Assembly (NCBI GenBank): GCA_044359535.1
Contig: JBIKLZ010000004.1
Span: 1-50,841, forward strand
Length of the DNA: 50,841 nucleotides
Direction of reading: 5' to 3'
From: Chlamydiia bacterium
GTDB lineage: Bacteria > Chlamydiota > Chlamydiia > Chlamydiales > 2-12-FULL-49-11
Positions 1 through 9,129 of the stretch are shown here, piece by piece. The first letter of the stretch is position 1, and each line of letters starts with the position of its first letter. The translations under genes were made by a program, and so were the position numbers. Under the pieces are notes generated by a model. That model was given only the letters and a program-made list of their open reading frames with translations. It made no database searches and was not told the DNA's origin.

Positions 1-1
1 G

Positions 2-346
2 GTTATTTTTTCGATGCAATAGGAAAAGGATTTTTTCCCCTTTTTGGGGTACATTTTTTAGTAAAAATGTTTTCAGATGAATTAATTCTGGTTCACATTC
101 GATATGAGAAAATGTCCAACGGAGTTTTGTAAGCTGAATCAGTGTAAAAGATTGAATCATCTTTTGGTAGTCAACTCTATTCTTATGGAGAAAGTTCATC
201 GATCCATCAAATAAAAAAGCGACATTTCCCCCGTTATATGGGGCTAGTTCAACCCCTAAAAGGCACAGGTTGCAAAGGAATTGTTTGGTTGGACTGTGAC
301 ATCGATGACAGAGTCTTGGGAAAAATAGGTGTTTCAATGCGTTCAT
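2..346 (-). CDS. ComF-like protein, N-terminal double zinc ribbon; partial, runs off the window start; not in the ORF track
   Basis: My translation from the ATG at 346: MNALKHLFFPRLCHRCHSPTKQFLCNLCLLGVELAP... The LFFPxxCxxC-x8-CxxC pattern is typical of ComF N-termini. The ATG overlaps the upstream stop (ATGA at 346-343). Confidence 0.6.
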   Translation of the reverse strand, partial: MNALKHLFFPRLCHRCHSPTKQFLCNLCLLGVELAPYNGGNVAFLFDGSMNFLHKNRVDYQKMIQSFTLIQLTKLRWTFSHIECEPELIHLKTFLLKNVPQKGEKILFLLHRKNN

Positions 347-3300
347 TTTAAATGAATTCTTGGGGATGACAAAGAACCTTCTAAAGAGATAATAAAGAGT
401 TCGGCAAACTTAAATAAAGCGTACTGCTTCATTCGGATATCTATGTGGATATTTCCATCAAAATCGATATAAGATTGAGATTTATTCCATAGATAGAAAT
501 AGGATCTTTTTCTATCACTATAACTATTTTGCATTTTTAAAAGGTGTATTTTTCCATCCGCTATAGAAAAATCAATCTCTCCAACAACTGGGATCATTAA
601 TACTGGATCAAGACCTATCCTTCCAATAATCTCTTTTGCCAACCCAAGGATGGGGTTTTTTTGTTGGTCAAAAGAATTGGTAAAATAGACCTCTCCTTTT
701 CCAGTAAGGGTATCGACATTTTCTAAATCCCCCTTTAGATCGAAAAACTCTAAGCTTTCTATCATAAATGGATTAGAAAGTTTATTTCTTTCCCCTTTTT
801 TAGACATAAGGCATGGACGAAGATGTTCTATCTTAAATGTTTTTGCATCAAAAAGACACCCTTTTGAGCTTGCATCAAAGGTTGCAAGGGGACAAAATGC
901 CATCATCGATCGATCGGCAATAGAAAAATCTTTTAGAGTGCACACCCCCCTTTCAAGGTGGATAGATCCAAATAAAGTGCTTAAACAAGCTCCCATACAA
1001 TCAAAATCGGTCCCTTTAATCACTCCATTGAAACACAACCCATCCATATAGTAAAGATCGCCAATAACCTCTATCCCTTTTCCTAGCTTAAGTCTATCGA
1101 CAAATTCAGCCACCCCTTCAGATAAAAGGGGTTTCATTGTTTGTAAATCAAAGGCCACTTTTCCTTTAAAAGCATTTTCTTCAAGACTATGTGAAGGGGT
1201 TAGGTCAAAATCGATTCCAGCAAGGGCCCCTTTCATTCGAAGGATCTCTATTTCTCCATCATAGCGACCATCTACTTCTAAAATCTCTTTATTGTCTGAT
1301 CTTCCATCGATTTTAAAATGGATGATTTCATCAAAATATAGGTGGCTTGAAAGATCGAGCCTTTTTTCAAACAGGGGGAGCTGACAATCGATTGCAGCAG
1401 TTTTTGTATTTGCCCGTACATAAATGTCATTTATTGATAGTTCCCTGTCAAGAAAGAAAAATGTTTCCTTTTTAAAAGCTCCACTAAACCAAAAATCTCT
1501 TTGATCTGGATATATATCTGCATCGGCACAAAAACCCAAAGTTTCATTGAAAATATGAACGCCATATCTTTCCGAAAGAAAGTCTTTTTTAACCTCCCCA
1601 CTTAGTCCATGCAGAGAAATCCTTTTCCAGGGATCCTCAAAAGAAATAGAGGTTGCAGAAACCTTTCCTACCTTTTTTTCTTTATCCTTTATCTCAAAGA
1701 TCCCTCCATAGATTTCCCCCTTACCCTCATATTTAAAGGAAAAAGGTTCTACTGCATCGATAAAAACTCCTTCCCATTGAGTTCCAGCAACACCTTTACC
1801 CTCAAAACAAAAAGGGCTTTTGTATTTTCCTAAAATAGATCCCTCAAAATAGGAAGACCGATGTTTAATTGTTCCATCAAAAGAAAAACTATCTCTTGAT
1901 AGATCTAAAGTAGAAATATCGATGGACAGATCGTTATACAAAATCCCTCCCCCTTTGAGTAATATTTTCTCATTTTCCAGTTTTCCTACTGAATGTCTAT
2001 CTCCACAAATAACGGTGAAATCTGAACCGATCCCCTTAAGAACAATATTTTTTCCATTATGGATCATAGATAGAAGGTAACTATCATTATTCAAAGAAAA
2101 GGAGCAGCCAACATCATTTATCCCCTGCTCTTTAAAGAATCTTGGATAAAAAGGATCCTTTGTTGAAAGGCAATACTCAAGATCCACTAAAATCCCCTCT
2201 TTAAAAGTACACTTACTAAAATGGATGGGTCTATCTAAAAAATGGGTGTGCTCATTGAAAACGATCTCTCTATCTTTTATCTTTCCTGAAACTCTCCCAA
2301 GTTCAATAAACTCATTATGAAAAGAACCATCAAAATGAATATCTCCGTTATCAAAGATGTCATACTGAGCTCCTTGAATCTTTAAGCGAGGAAAATTGCT
2401 CCCCCCTTGAATATACCCCTCTAACCCTCTAATTTTACAAAAATTTTGTTGAGAGCTCACTTTGATGTTTGCCCCCTCTAAAACAAAATCACCCCCTTGA
2501 AAAAGAGTTTTCTTCCCTTCAGAAAGAAAAATATCAATAAACCAATTTCCATGGGTGAAATCATGCTCAAAATGGGCTATTCCTTTTGCATTTTCAATAA
2601 AAGAAAAACCCTGATAGTAAGAACAATTTTTCCCTTCAATATCTAAAGCCACCCCTTGAGGGGTATATTTTCCAATACATCCATAGCACCCTTCTAAAGA
2701 CCATTGGAATTGAAATAGTTCATTAATAAATGGAAAAACTTTTGAAGGAAGTTTTTTTGTAGAAAAGTCAATAATCAGATCAGAAAGATCTGTCCCAGTG
2801 GAATTAAAAAGAATTTCATGAGTTTGATGGTCATGAATCAAATTTAGATTCCCTAACCCACAATAAATTTTTCCTTTTTTTTCTATCCTTGAAGATAAGG
2901 AAAGCTCCATCTCATAAGAGATTTTAGGTTCCTTAAACCATTGTAACAGATCATTGCCAGAAGCTGTTAGCATCACATCAAAAATGGGGGAAAGAATGGA
3001 TCCTTCGACAAAGACCCTCCCCTTTATTCCATTGATCTCACCGGTGAAATAAGTATCGAAAAACTCCCCATTAACAGCTGAAACAAAAACAGCCCCCTTT
3101 TCAAAATAAAGGGGGGGCTTTTTCTCTCTCCCTACAGTTAAGGAGCAATCCTCTATTTTCATTTTCCAACCAGGAAGAGTGGTTGCCTTTTCTTTAAATA
3201 AATCGATATGACACTCGCCAGAAATTCTTTGAGCCTCAACTTGAATATCCCTTTTTTCTGAATAAATGCATAAATCCTCACAAGATAGATTTTTCAAACA

Positions 3301-4608
3301 AAAATCTTTTATCCCATGGTAGCCAATTTGCATCTCTACATCGCCAGAATAAGATCCCTTTGAAAGGGTATACTCTTTAAAACTTGAATCAATGAGCCCA
3401 AGACCTACCTGTAATATCCACATTTGTTTGACTTGTAGAGAATCTAAACGTGATTTGATGAAAAATGTATCGTCACTGTGGCTACATAAGACATGTACGT
3501 GAGCTTGCTGAGCAAAGACAGGATCAAGTTGTAATGATAAATCAAGCTCTAGACCCGATTCACTAGAACTTATCGGTTTTCCTACAAGTTGAATAGGCAT
3601 AAGTCGATTGCCATCTTCAATAAACCCTGATATCTCCACAGCGGCTTTTTTAAATGCATCCATTGTGATAAATCCAGATAAATCTTTAAAGGAAAAACGA
3701 GGGGTTCCCTTTTCATCAAAAGCAATAATATCGCCCTTGTCCACAGAAGAAATACAACTGATATTTTCAATAATGCTATTACACTCTGTGCTTAATGGAT
3801 AATTAATGTCTACAAAAAGGCGGTCAAATGAAGAGGTAATTCCCGCTATTGGGTTTGTGAATTTTCCCTCTAAGCAACTCATGTGAACACGGACATCCTC
3901 AATCTGATTGGTGGAAGAAATGACAAAAAAAGCTCTTCCATCTAATCTTCCCTTATCCATTTTCCAATTAGAAAGGTCCCCTCCCATGAAAAAATCGACA
4001 AAGGCTTTATAAAAAGCAATTGTACTTTGGCGCGCCTCCACATCAACAATCAATTGATCTCCCCATAAAGAAAGATCGAGCTTTACTTGCCCCTCCCCCA
4101 TTTTAGAAAAGACCATTTTCCCCAGCTTTTGTGAAGAGATGGACTTATCCAAAGAAATGGACATATCATAAGAGGGGATATGAATAGCGCCACTTTTAAT
4201 TTCCACCTGTAAAAGGGTTGAAACAATCAAGCGCATTTGATCTCTTGAGAGTGCACTTTTTCCCCCTAATTTTTTTTCAAAAGTAAGATCTAGATCCTCA
4301 ATTTCAAAATGATTAGAAAAACAGACCTTTTCAAGGAGAGGGGCTTTACAAAAGATCTTTCCAACCCTACAAATCATCCCCCCACTTTTTGATCTTAAAT
4401 CAATGTCATGAAAACTCACCCCTGAAGTTTCTAATGAGAGGGAAGAGTAATTAAAATCCCAATCCCCACTTAATGGAATTTTATGAGAAAGATACTTTTT
4501 TAAAGCAAAATGAAAAATTGCCCCCCTAAAAAGGATACAGCTTAAAAAAAAGGATAAAAATGTAACAAGGAAAATAGAACGCCTAGAGAAGACAACCTTT
4601 TTTAACAT
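343..4608 (-). CDS. Very large membrane-anchored beta-rich protein, AsmA/TamB/YhdP-like (putative bridge-type lipid transfer protein)
   Basis: About 1420 aa ORF (ATG at 4608; the track start at 4620 is TTG). Single N-terminal TM segment (SIFLVTFLSFFLSCILF), then a continuous amphipathic beta-strand pattern. C-terminus ends ISLEGSLSSPRIHLK, resembling the AsmA_2/TamB tail. Family assignment is inference. Confidence 0.5.
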   Translation of the reverse strand: MLKKVVFSRRSIFLVTFLSFFLSCILFRGAIFHFALKKYLSHKIPLSGDWDFNYSSLSLETSGVSFHDIDLRSKSGGMICRVGKIFCKAPLLEKVCFSNHFEIEDLDLTFEKKLGGKSALSRDQMRLIVSTLLQVEIKSGAIHIPSYDMSISLDKSISSQKLGKMVFSKMGEGQVKLDLSLWGDQLIVDVEARQSTIAFYKAFVDFFMGGDLSNWKMDKGRLDGRAFFVISSTNQIEDVRVHMSCLEGKFTNPIAGITSSFDRLFVDINYPLSTECNSIIENISCISSVDKGDIIAFDEKGTPRFSFKDLSGFITMDAFKKAAVEISGFIEDGNRLMPIQLVGKPISSSESGLELDLSLQLDPVFAQQAHVHVLCSHSDDTFFIKSRLDSLQVKQMWILQVGLGLIDSSFKEYTLSKGSYSGDVEMQIGYHGIKDFCLKNLSCEDLCIYSEKRDIQVEAQRISGECHIDLFKEKATTLPGWKMKIEDCSLTVGREKKPPLYFEKGAVFVSAVNGEFFDTYFTGEINGIKGRVFVEGSILSPIFDVMLTASGNDLLQWFKEPKISYEMELSLSSRIEKKGKIYCGLGNLNLIHDHQTHEILFNSTGTDLSDLIIDFSTKKLPSKVFPFINELFQFQWSLEGCYGCIGKYTPQGVALDIEGKNCSYYQGFSFIENAKGIAHFEHDFTHGNWFIDIFLSEGKKTLFQGGDFVLEGANIKVSSQQNFCKIRGLEGYIQGGSNFPRLKIQGAQYDIFDNGDIHFDGSFHNEFIELGRVSGKIKDREIVFNEHTHFLDRPIHFSKCTFKEGILVDLEYCLSTKDPFYPRFFKEQGINDVGCSFSLNNDSYLLSMIHNGKNIVLKGIGSDFTVICGDRHSVGKLENEKILLKGGGILYNDLSIDISTLDLSRDSFSFDGTIKHRSSYFEGSILGKYKSPFCFEGKGVAGTQWEGVFIDAVEPFSFKYEGKGEIYGGIFEIKDKEKKVGKVSATSISFEDPWKRISLHGLSGEVKKDFLSERYGVHIFNETLGFCADADIYPDQRDFWFSGAFKKETFFFLDRELSINDIYVRANTKTAAIDCQLPLFEKRLDLSSHLYFDEIIHFKIDGRSDNKEILEVDGRYDGEIEILRMKGALAGIDFDLTPSHSLEENAFKGKVAFDLQTMKPLLSEGVAEFVDRLKLGKGIEVIGDLYYMDGLCFNGVIKGTDFDCMGACLSTLFGSIHLERGVCTLKDFSIADRSMMAFCPLATFDASSKGCLFDAKTFKIEHLRPCLMSKKGERNKLSNPFMIESLEFFDLKGDLENVDTLTGKGEVYFTNSFDQQKNPILGLAKEIIGRIGLDPVLMIPVVGEIDFSIADGKIHLLKMQNSYSDRKRSYFYLWNKSQSYIDFDGNIHIDIRMKQYALFKFAELFIISLEGSLSSPRIHLK

Positions 4609-4707
4609 ACACTTCAACACTTGATATTTTCTATTTATATAGCATAATTGTGCTGTTAAAGGGAATATATTCCTTTGTCTATTTTAAGGAGGGGCAGTGG
4701 TAAGCTT

Positions 4708-5367
4708 TTATTTTCCAAGAAGGCTATTACTTATCTCGAAAGCTGTTTTAGCTGAAGCAAGAGCACTTTGTACAACAGAGTTACTCATAAGCTCTTGAGC
4801 GCCTCCAGGTGTAGCATTACTTGCTTCTTTGCTAAACCACTCGGCCAGCTCCATAGCCTTTTCAGCTACATTAGCACTCCTTTCCGTAAGCATTTGTTGT
4901 AACGCGCTGTCAAACTCCTCCCCTCTTCTTCTGTTCTCTTTCCTTATTTTGATCAACCGATTCTTGCCCCGTGCTTTAGTATCAGGTTTATTTGATGACC
5001 CCACACCGCTAGCTCTTTCTCTATTAGCCGCTTCCAACGCCTCTTCTAACAATTTCTCATCAGGATCTTTTTTTCTTTCAATATTCTGTTGCATGTTTGT
5101 CTTTATCTCCTCATTAGAAGAAGGTGAAGTGCCTTGTGATGCCACCACTTCTTCACCTAAAATATCAGTAGACTCATTGCTAGAAGAAGTGTGAGATATT
5201 TGCCCGGTAAAATGAAATCTTGCCATTGGTCCAACAGAAACAGAGCTCAAGATTCCTAAGAACTTCTCATTTGCTTGTGAATCAAAGGGAGCAGGCGTTA
5301 TTTTGTTTTGTCTTCTATTTACAGATAGTGCTGCAAATCTCTCTGGATCAAAATGGATACATGTCAT
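4708..5367 (-). CDS. Hypothetical protein, Ser/charged low-complexity, effector-like
   Basis: 219-aa ORF with AGGAGG SD upstream. Ser/Thr-rich N-half and helical C-half. No family recognised. Confidence 0.7.
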   Translation of the reverse strand: MTCIHFDPERFAALSVNRRQNKITPAPFDSQANEKFLGILSSVSVGPMARFHFTGQISHTSSSNESTDILGEEVVASQGTSPSSNEEIKTNMQQNIERKKDPDEKLLEEALEAANRERASGVGSSNKPDTKARGKNRLIKIRKENRRRGEEFDSALQQMLTERSANVAEKAMELAEWFSKEASNATPGGAQELMSNSVVQSALASAKTAFEISNSLLGK

Positions 5368-5393
5368 CTTCTTTCCTCCTTATATTTTTATAA

Positions 5394-6575
5394 TTACTCA
5401 TCTAAATCATCTACAACGTGAGATTCTTTTTTTAATCTATGAACCACCTGTTGTAGCATTTCTTCGTAAGATCCATAGACAGGGTCTTTTTCCCCATCGT
5501 CATCAATTCCTAAATAGTTACACAGCTCATCTTCATAAATTGCTTCAACAAGAACTTTGTCTTGAGCAAACTGAGGAGATCGTTGTGATACTGCTGCAAT
5601 TTCATCTTTTTGAATTTTTTTTTCTAAAATTTCCTTTCTATTAGTCCTTACAAGAGCTGCCCAATTTCTTTTAAAAAATTCAGCATGATCTTTTGATTCA
5701 TTGATCCATGTTTCTGAAGGAACTGTTTTGAGTTCTTCGGCACCAAATACTTTTTCAAAAAAAACTGGAGCAAACAAGGCACATCCAACCTCTAATTCTT
5801 TTGTAATTTCATTAATTCTCTTTTCTAAGGTTGCCTCTAATTTTTCTTCTTCCAACCTATTCAAAAAATAGCATCGATAATAACTAGGAAAGAGAATGAA
5901 AAATGAACCCTCGATTCTTTTTGAATGCTCTTTTAACTCCCCTTCAAAAAGGGTCATGCATTTAAAAAAATGAGCTTTGTCCTTTATGAGATGTCTCATA
6001 GCATAGACGTAAGGGGCAAAAGAATTTTGCATCTGTTCATAATTGAAATATTGTGGATTCTCGCTGCAAGATCCACAGTACCTTTCCAAATAGTTTTGAT
6101 AGAAGGGATATAAAAATGTTAATTGTTCCTCACTAAAATTCTCATCACTTAAAAAATAGGCAAAATCAGAAAACACTTTCTCCTTATTTTCGGCATAGTT
6201 TTCTCTATCCTTTTTACTCTCCTCTACAATCCATTGGTCTACGTGATAAAACGAATGTGGAAAATTTTTTTTAACGCTTTTTTTAATCCTAGTTAAAAGA
6301 TCATCAAAGGTTCCCTCTTTTATATCGCACTTAGAGGACTCAGACCATGTTAAATGCTCAACTATCGTTTCTCTTACCCTCCGTTCTAATACCCTCCGTT
6401 CTAATACTTTTATCTTTATATTCTTAATAAAGAACCAAATATTAGATTGTACACTCAATTTTTTTAAAAAACGGAAAAAGACGAAATCAGAGGTCATGTC
6501 ACTTATTTTCGTCTCTGTTGACCTAAGAAATAGATCTTCATCTGGGGAATGTCTTTTTATTTGAATAATGTTCAT
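5394..6575 (-). CDS. Hypothetical helical protein with acidic C-terminus
   Basis: 393-aa ORF with a promoter-like element just upstream. Ends ...YEEMLQQVVHRLKKESHVVDDLDE. No family recognised. Confidence 0.75.
   Translation of the reverse strand: MNIIQIKRHSPDEDLFLRSTETKISDMTSDFVFFRFLKKLSVQSNIWFFIKNIKIKVLERRVLERRVRETIVEHLTWSESSKCDIKEGTFDDLLTRIKKSVKKNFPHSFYHVDQWIVEESKKDRENYAENKEKVFSDFAYFLSDENFSEEQLTFLYPFYQNYLERYCGSCSENPQYFNYEQMQNSFAPYVYAMRHLIKDKAHFFKCMTLFEGELKEHSKRIEGSFFILFPSYYRCYFLNRLEEEKLEATLEKRINEITKELEVGCALFAPVFFEKVFGAEELKTVPSETWINESKDHAEFFKRNWAALVRTNRKEILEKKIQKDEIAAVSQRSPQFAQDKVLVEAIYEDELCNYLGIDDDGEKDPVYGSYEEMLQQVVHRLKKESHVVDDLDE
6375..6407. repeat. In-frame 15-bp tandem duplication (VLERR x2)
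   Basis: TACCCTCCGTTCTAA at 6375-6389 and 6390-6404, plus partial TAC. Confidence 0.9.
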
Positions 6576-6578
6576 AAT

Positions 6579-6596
6579 TATAATAATATTATAATT
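6579..6596. promoter_or_regulatory. Copy 1 of the AT-only 18-mer TATAATAATATTATAATT
   Basis: Exact match to 33710-33727 and to the reverse complement of 9025-9042. Confidence 0.55.
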
Positions 6597-6616
6597 GAAA
6601 CCCGAAATTAGATCAA
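6588..6616 (-). promoter_or_regulatory. Putative sigma70/66 promoter for the 5394..6575 gene
   Basis: Minus strand TTGATC (6616-6611), 17 bp spacer, TATAAT (6593-6588), 12 nt before the ATG. Confidence 0.5.
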
Positions 6617-6790
6617 CTATTCTCTCTCTTTTTTACCCCAGCTTGCTCACCCTGATACATTTATAAAAAGATTCCAAGCTCGTGAAGAGCGGCCTTTCAT
6701 TAATTCAACACCCTTGATTTAATAACTATTGCAATTTACAACTAAATGATTTATAATAAAAGCATCGTTTAAAAACAAAAAAATGTATCT

Positions 6791-8122
6791 ATGACAATTG
6801 CTCCTTGTGCTCGTCCCTTTTTTGACACAACCTACCCACCAGAAGAGGAACAGCTTGCTCGATTCGATAAAGGTGAAATCCAGCGCTTAAAAGAAAGATT
6901 AAAAATCTTAATGGATAAAATGATAAAAAAGAACCGTTACCTTAAAAGTGCAACAATGATTGCACGCTTTTATAAGAAATTTCAAAATCCCCGCAGAAAA
7001 GCCTATTTTTTAGATGTCAACGGTTTTATTGCATTGAAATTATTCAATTTAGCTATGAATTTCAACAGCAAATGTACATCTTATACTGAAAACATAGACT
7101 ATAAAGGACTCTTAAATGAATTCAAAAATGAATTCAAAACAGCCTTTCTTGAAGAACTGAAAATATATATTAACAAATCAAGAGCAAAACATTTTCCTGT
7201 TGAAGTAGTACCCAATGTCAAAGATGACTTTGTAGAAAAAGCAGACAAAAACTTTGAGTACCTATTGAACGAAGCCATTAAAACCTATAGAAACGATTAC
7301 ATCGTTCCACCGATTGAAAAGAAAAAAAACGATTTTCTAAAGGAGATGAATCTAAGAAAAAATCAAAGTAGTATCCATTACTACCTTGAAAAAAACTTCG
7401 AAATTCTGATTAAAAAATATACAGGCACTGAAGAACAAGGACCAAAATATTTAGATTCTAAGACGATTGAAAAAAAATTTGAAGCTTTATTAAAAAATAT
7501 TGTTTTTATCAATGATTTTTCTCCTGAGTTTCAAGACTATGTTAGATCAAACGATTCTAAGCGAATGGAAATAAAAGCATCTAGTGCGCAAAAAACTGAC
7601 GACCCAATACGATTGGAATTTCATCTATTTTTTGAATTCTTTAGCCAATTCCTATTAGAAAAATTTTTAGATAAATTCAAAAGTAAAAATCTGTCATCAA
7701 CCATAAAAAAAATGAAAGGTGTATTAGAATACGCAGGGTTCAGCTACTTAGAGTCTAAATTAAAAAATAAATATCCAAAAGAGCCACCTTCTATTGAAAC
7801 AATTCACAGACTTTCAAAAGAATTTTCAAAAATCTATAAGAACTCTCTTTTTGATAGAATCGTTGGGGGGCGAAAGACCGAAATAAATGAAAAAAACCGA
7901 TCTATTGAAATCAAGAAATGTATAGAAAACCTCCCTCACCTAAAAGGACAGATCCCCCTTATAGGACAAATCTATGATAGACTCATCAATAGCTATTTAA
8001 ACCCTTCAAGGAAAACAGGGGGCACTCTTGTTGAACCTTTTAATTATGATGAGGTCCTTACGATGTTAAATGCTGAATTGATTAAAACATCGAAACCAGA
8101 AGAAGAAGACGATTTAGATTAA
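6791..8122 (+). CDS. Hypothetical Lys-rich helical protein with acidic C-terminus
   Basis: 443-aa ORF divergent from 5394..6575. Ends ...YDEVLTMLNAELIKTSKPEEEDDLD. Confidence 0.75.
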   Translation: MTIAPCARPFFDTTYPPEEEQLARFDKGEIQRLKERLKILMDKMIKKNRYLKSATMIARFYKKFQNPRRKAYFLDVNGFIALKLFNLAMNFNSKCTSYTENIDYKGLLNEFKNEFKTAFLEELKIYINKSRAKHFPVEVVPNVKDDFVEKADKNFEYLLNEAIKTYRNDYIVPPIEKKKNDFLKEMNLRKNQSSIHYYLEKNFEILIKKYTGTEEQGPKYLDSKTIEKKFEALLKNIVFINDFSPEFQDYVRSNDSKRMEIKASSAQKTDDPIRLEFHLFFEFFSQFLLEKFLDKFKSKNLSSTIKKMKGVLEYAGFSYLESKLKNKYPKEPPSIETIHRLSKEFSKIYKNSLFDRIVGGRKTEINEKNRSIEIKKCIENLPHLKGQIPLIGQIYDRLINSYLNPSRKTGGTLVEPFNYDEVLTMLNAELIKTSKPEEEDDLD

Positions 8123-8475
8123 CTAGGGAGTTTTTCCATCAAGTAATTGTCAAAAAGGTGGTATTGCTCAACCTGTAAAGGGATAAAAGTGACAAGCCAC
8201 CCCTGATCCTCACAAGAATGATTTAAAGGATCTAGACTAAGTAGTAATAATGGATTGATTTCACAAATATCGCCAGAAATAGGGGCGTCAATATCTATAG
8301 CTGATTTTGTTGATTCAAGGACAATAAGAGGATCTTTCTTGTACACCCTCTCCCCTTTTTTTGGAAAATGAATATTGACAATCTCTCCAATTTCCTTTTG
8401 GGCTTTTTTAGTGATCCCCACCTTTATCCTTCCCTCATCAAGCAAAAGCCATAGGTAATTTTCAGTCACTTTCAT
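8119..8475 (-). CDS. gcvH: Glycine cleavage H-like lipoyl carrier protein
   Basis: KVGIT..AQKEIGEIV, lipoyl-lysine motif LESTKSAIDIDAPISG, NPxL...GWL. Confidence 0.93.
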   Translation of the reverse strand: MKVTENYLWLLLDEGRIKVGITKKAQKEIGEIVNIHFPKKGERVYKKDPLIVLESTKSAIDIDAPISGDICEINPLLLLSLDPLNHSCEDQGWLVTFIPLQVEQYHLFDNYLMEKLPS

Positions 8476-8565
8476 TAAATGCCCTTTGTTAGAATCTCCC
8501 TTTAGACTCTCTCATAGATCTTTATTTAATGCAACAATAGATCCCCTGCCTTCAACTTTTTCAAT

Positions 8566-8609
8566 AAAAAAGACAAGGGCACTTTTGTCCCTTGTCTTTG
8601 TTTTTTTTT
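8566..8609. terminator. Intrinsic terminator, possibly bidirectional
   Basis: AAAGACAAGGG(C)AC-TTTT-GTCCCTTGTCTTT hairpin flanked by an A6 run and a T9 run, just downstream of the minus-strand gene ending at 8627. Confidence 0.8.
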
Positions 8610-8626
8610 GTTGGATAAATGACTTA

Positions 8627-8992
8627 TTAAGATCCAGCTGCAGTTACAATTAATTCAAAGAAGTTTCTGGTTTTATTCACACACAAGGCTATTGCATCCC
8701 CTATTACAATCAATGGAGTAAAAATTATATTCAGAACAATGTAAAGACCCAAAGCGCTTGTTTGTCCCATTTTTTGTCGAAGGTGATCAAAAAAAGGAAG
8801 AGCTTTGCTAGAAGTCTTCTTCGGAGTTTTTATAAATTCGCCATTACTGTTTTCTAAAACTGTTACTTTGTATTGTAGTCCTTGTATAGAAGAAGGATCC
8901 ATCGCAGCTGCTTGTTCTGCTGCTCTTTCAGCCGCTTTTGCTTGTGCGGTTGCCGATGCTGCTGCTACATGATCATGACGTGTTCCTTCCAT
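8627..8992 (-). CDS. Small hypothetical protein, Ala-rich N-terminus and one C-terminal hydrophobic segment
   Basis: 121-aa ORF with GGAG SD upstream and a terminator downstream. Confidence 0.7.
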   Translation of the reverse strand: MEGTRHDHVAAASATAQAKAAERAAEQAAAMDPSSIQGLQYKVTVLENSNGEFIKTPKKTSSKALPFFDHLRQKMGQTSALGLYIVLNIIFTPLIVIGDAIALCVNKTRNFFELIVTAAGS

Positions 8993-9024
8993 TTTTATCT
9001 CCTTTTTATGTTGTTGTTATTTTT

Positions 9025-9044
9025 AATTATAATATTATTATACA
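9025..9044 (-). promoter_or_regulatory. Copy 2 of the AT-rich motif (TGTATAATAATATTATAATT), containing a -10 hexamer for the 8627..8992 gene
   Basis: The reverse complement of 9025-9044 is identical to 33708-33727. Confidence 0.55.
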
Positions 9045-9114
9045 CTTTTTATAAATTAATTAAAAGCTCTTTTTTAAAAATATTTTATTCCTCTGTACAT
9101 TATCAATCTTTTTT

Positions 9115-9123
9115 TGCTATACT
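9115..9123 (+). promoter_or_regulatory. Extended -10 promoter (TGnTATACT), predicting a leaderless transcript
   Basis: TGCTATACT ends 6 nt before the ATG at 9130. No SD. Confidence 0.55.
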
Positions 9124-9129
9124 GGCTGT

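Noticed and set aside
4871-4879. TTAGCACTC, a perfect CIRCE left half-site
   Set aside because: It lies inside a coding region and there is no GAGTGCTAA right half after N9.
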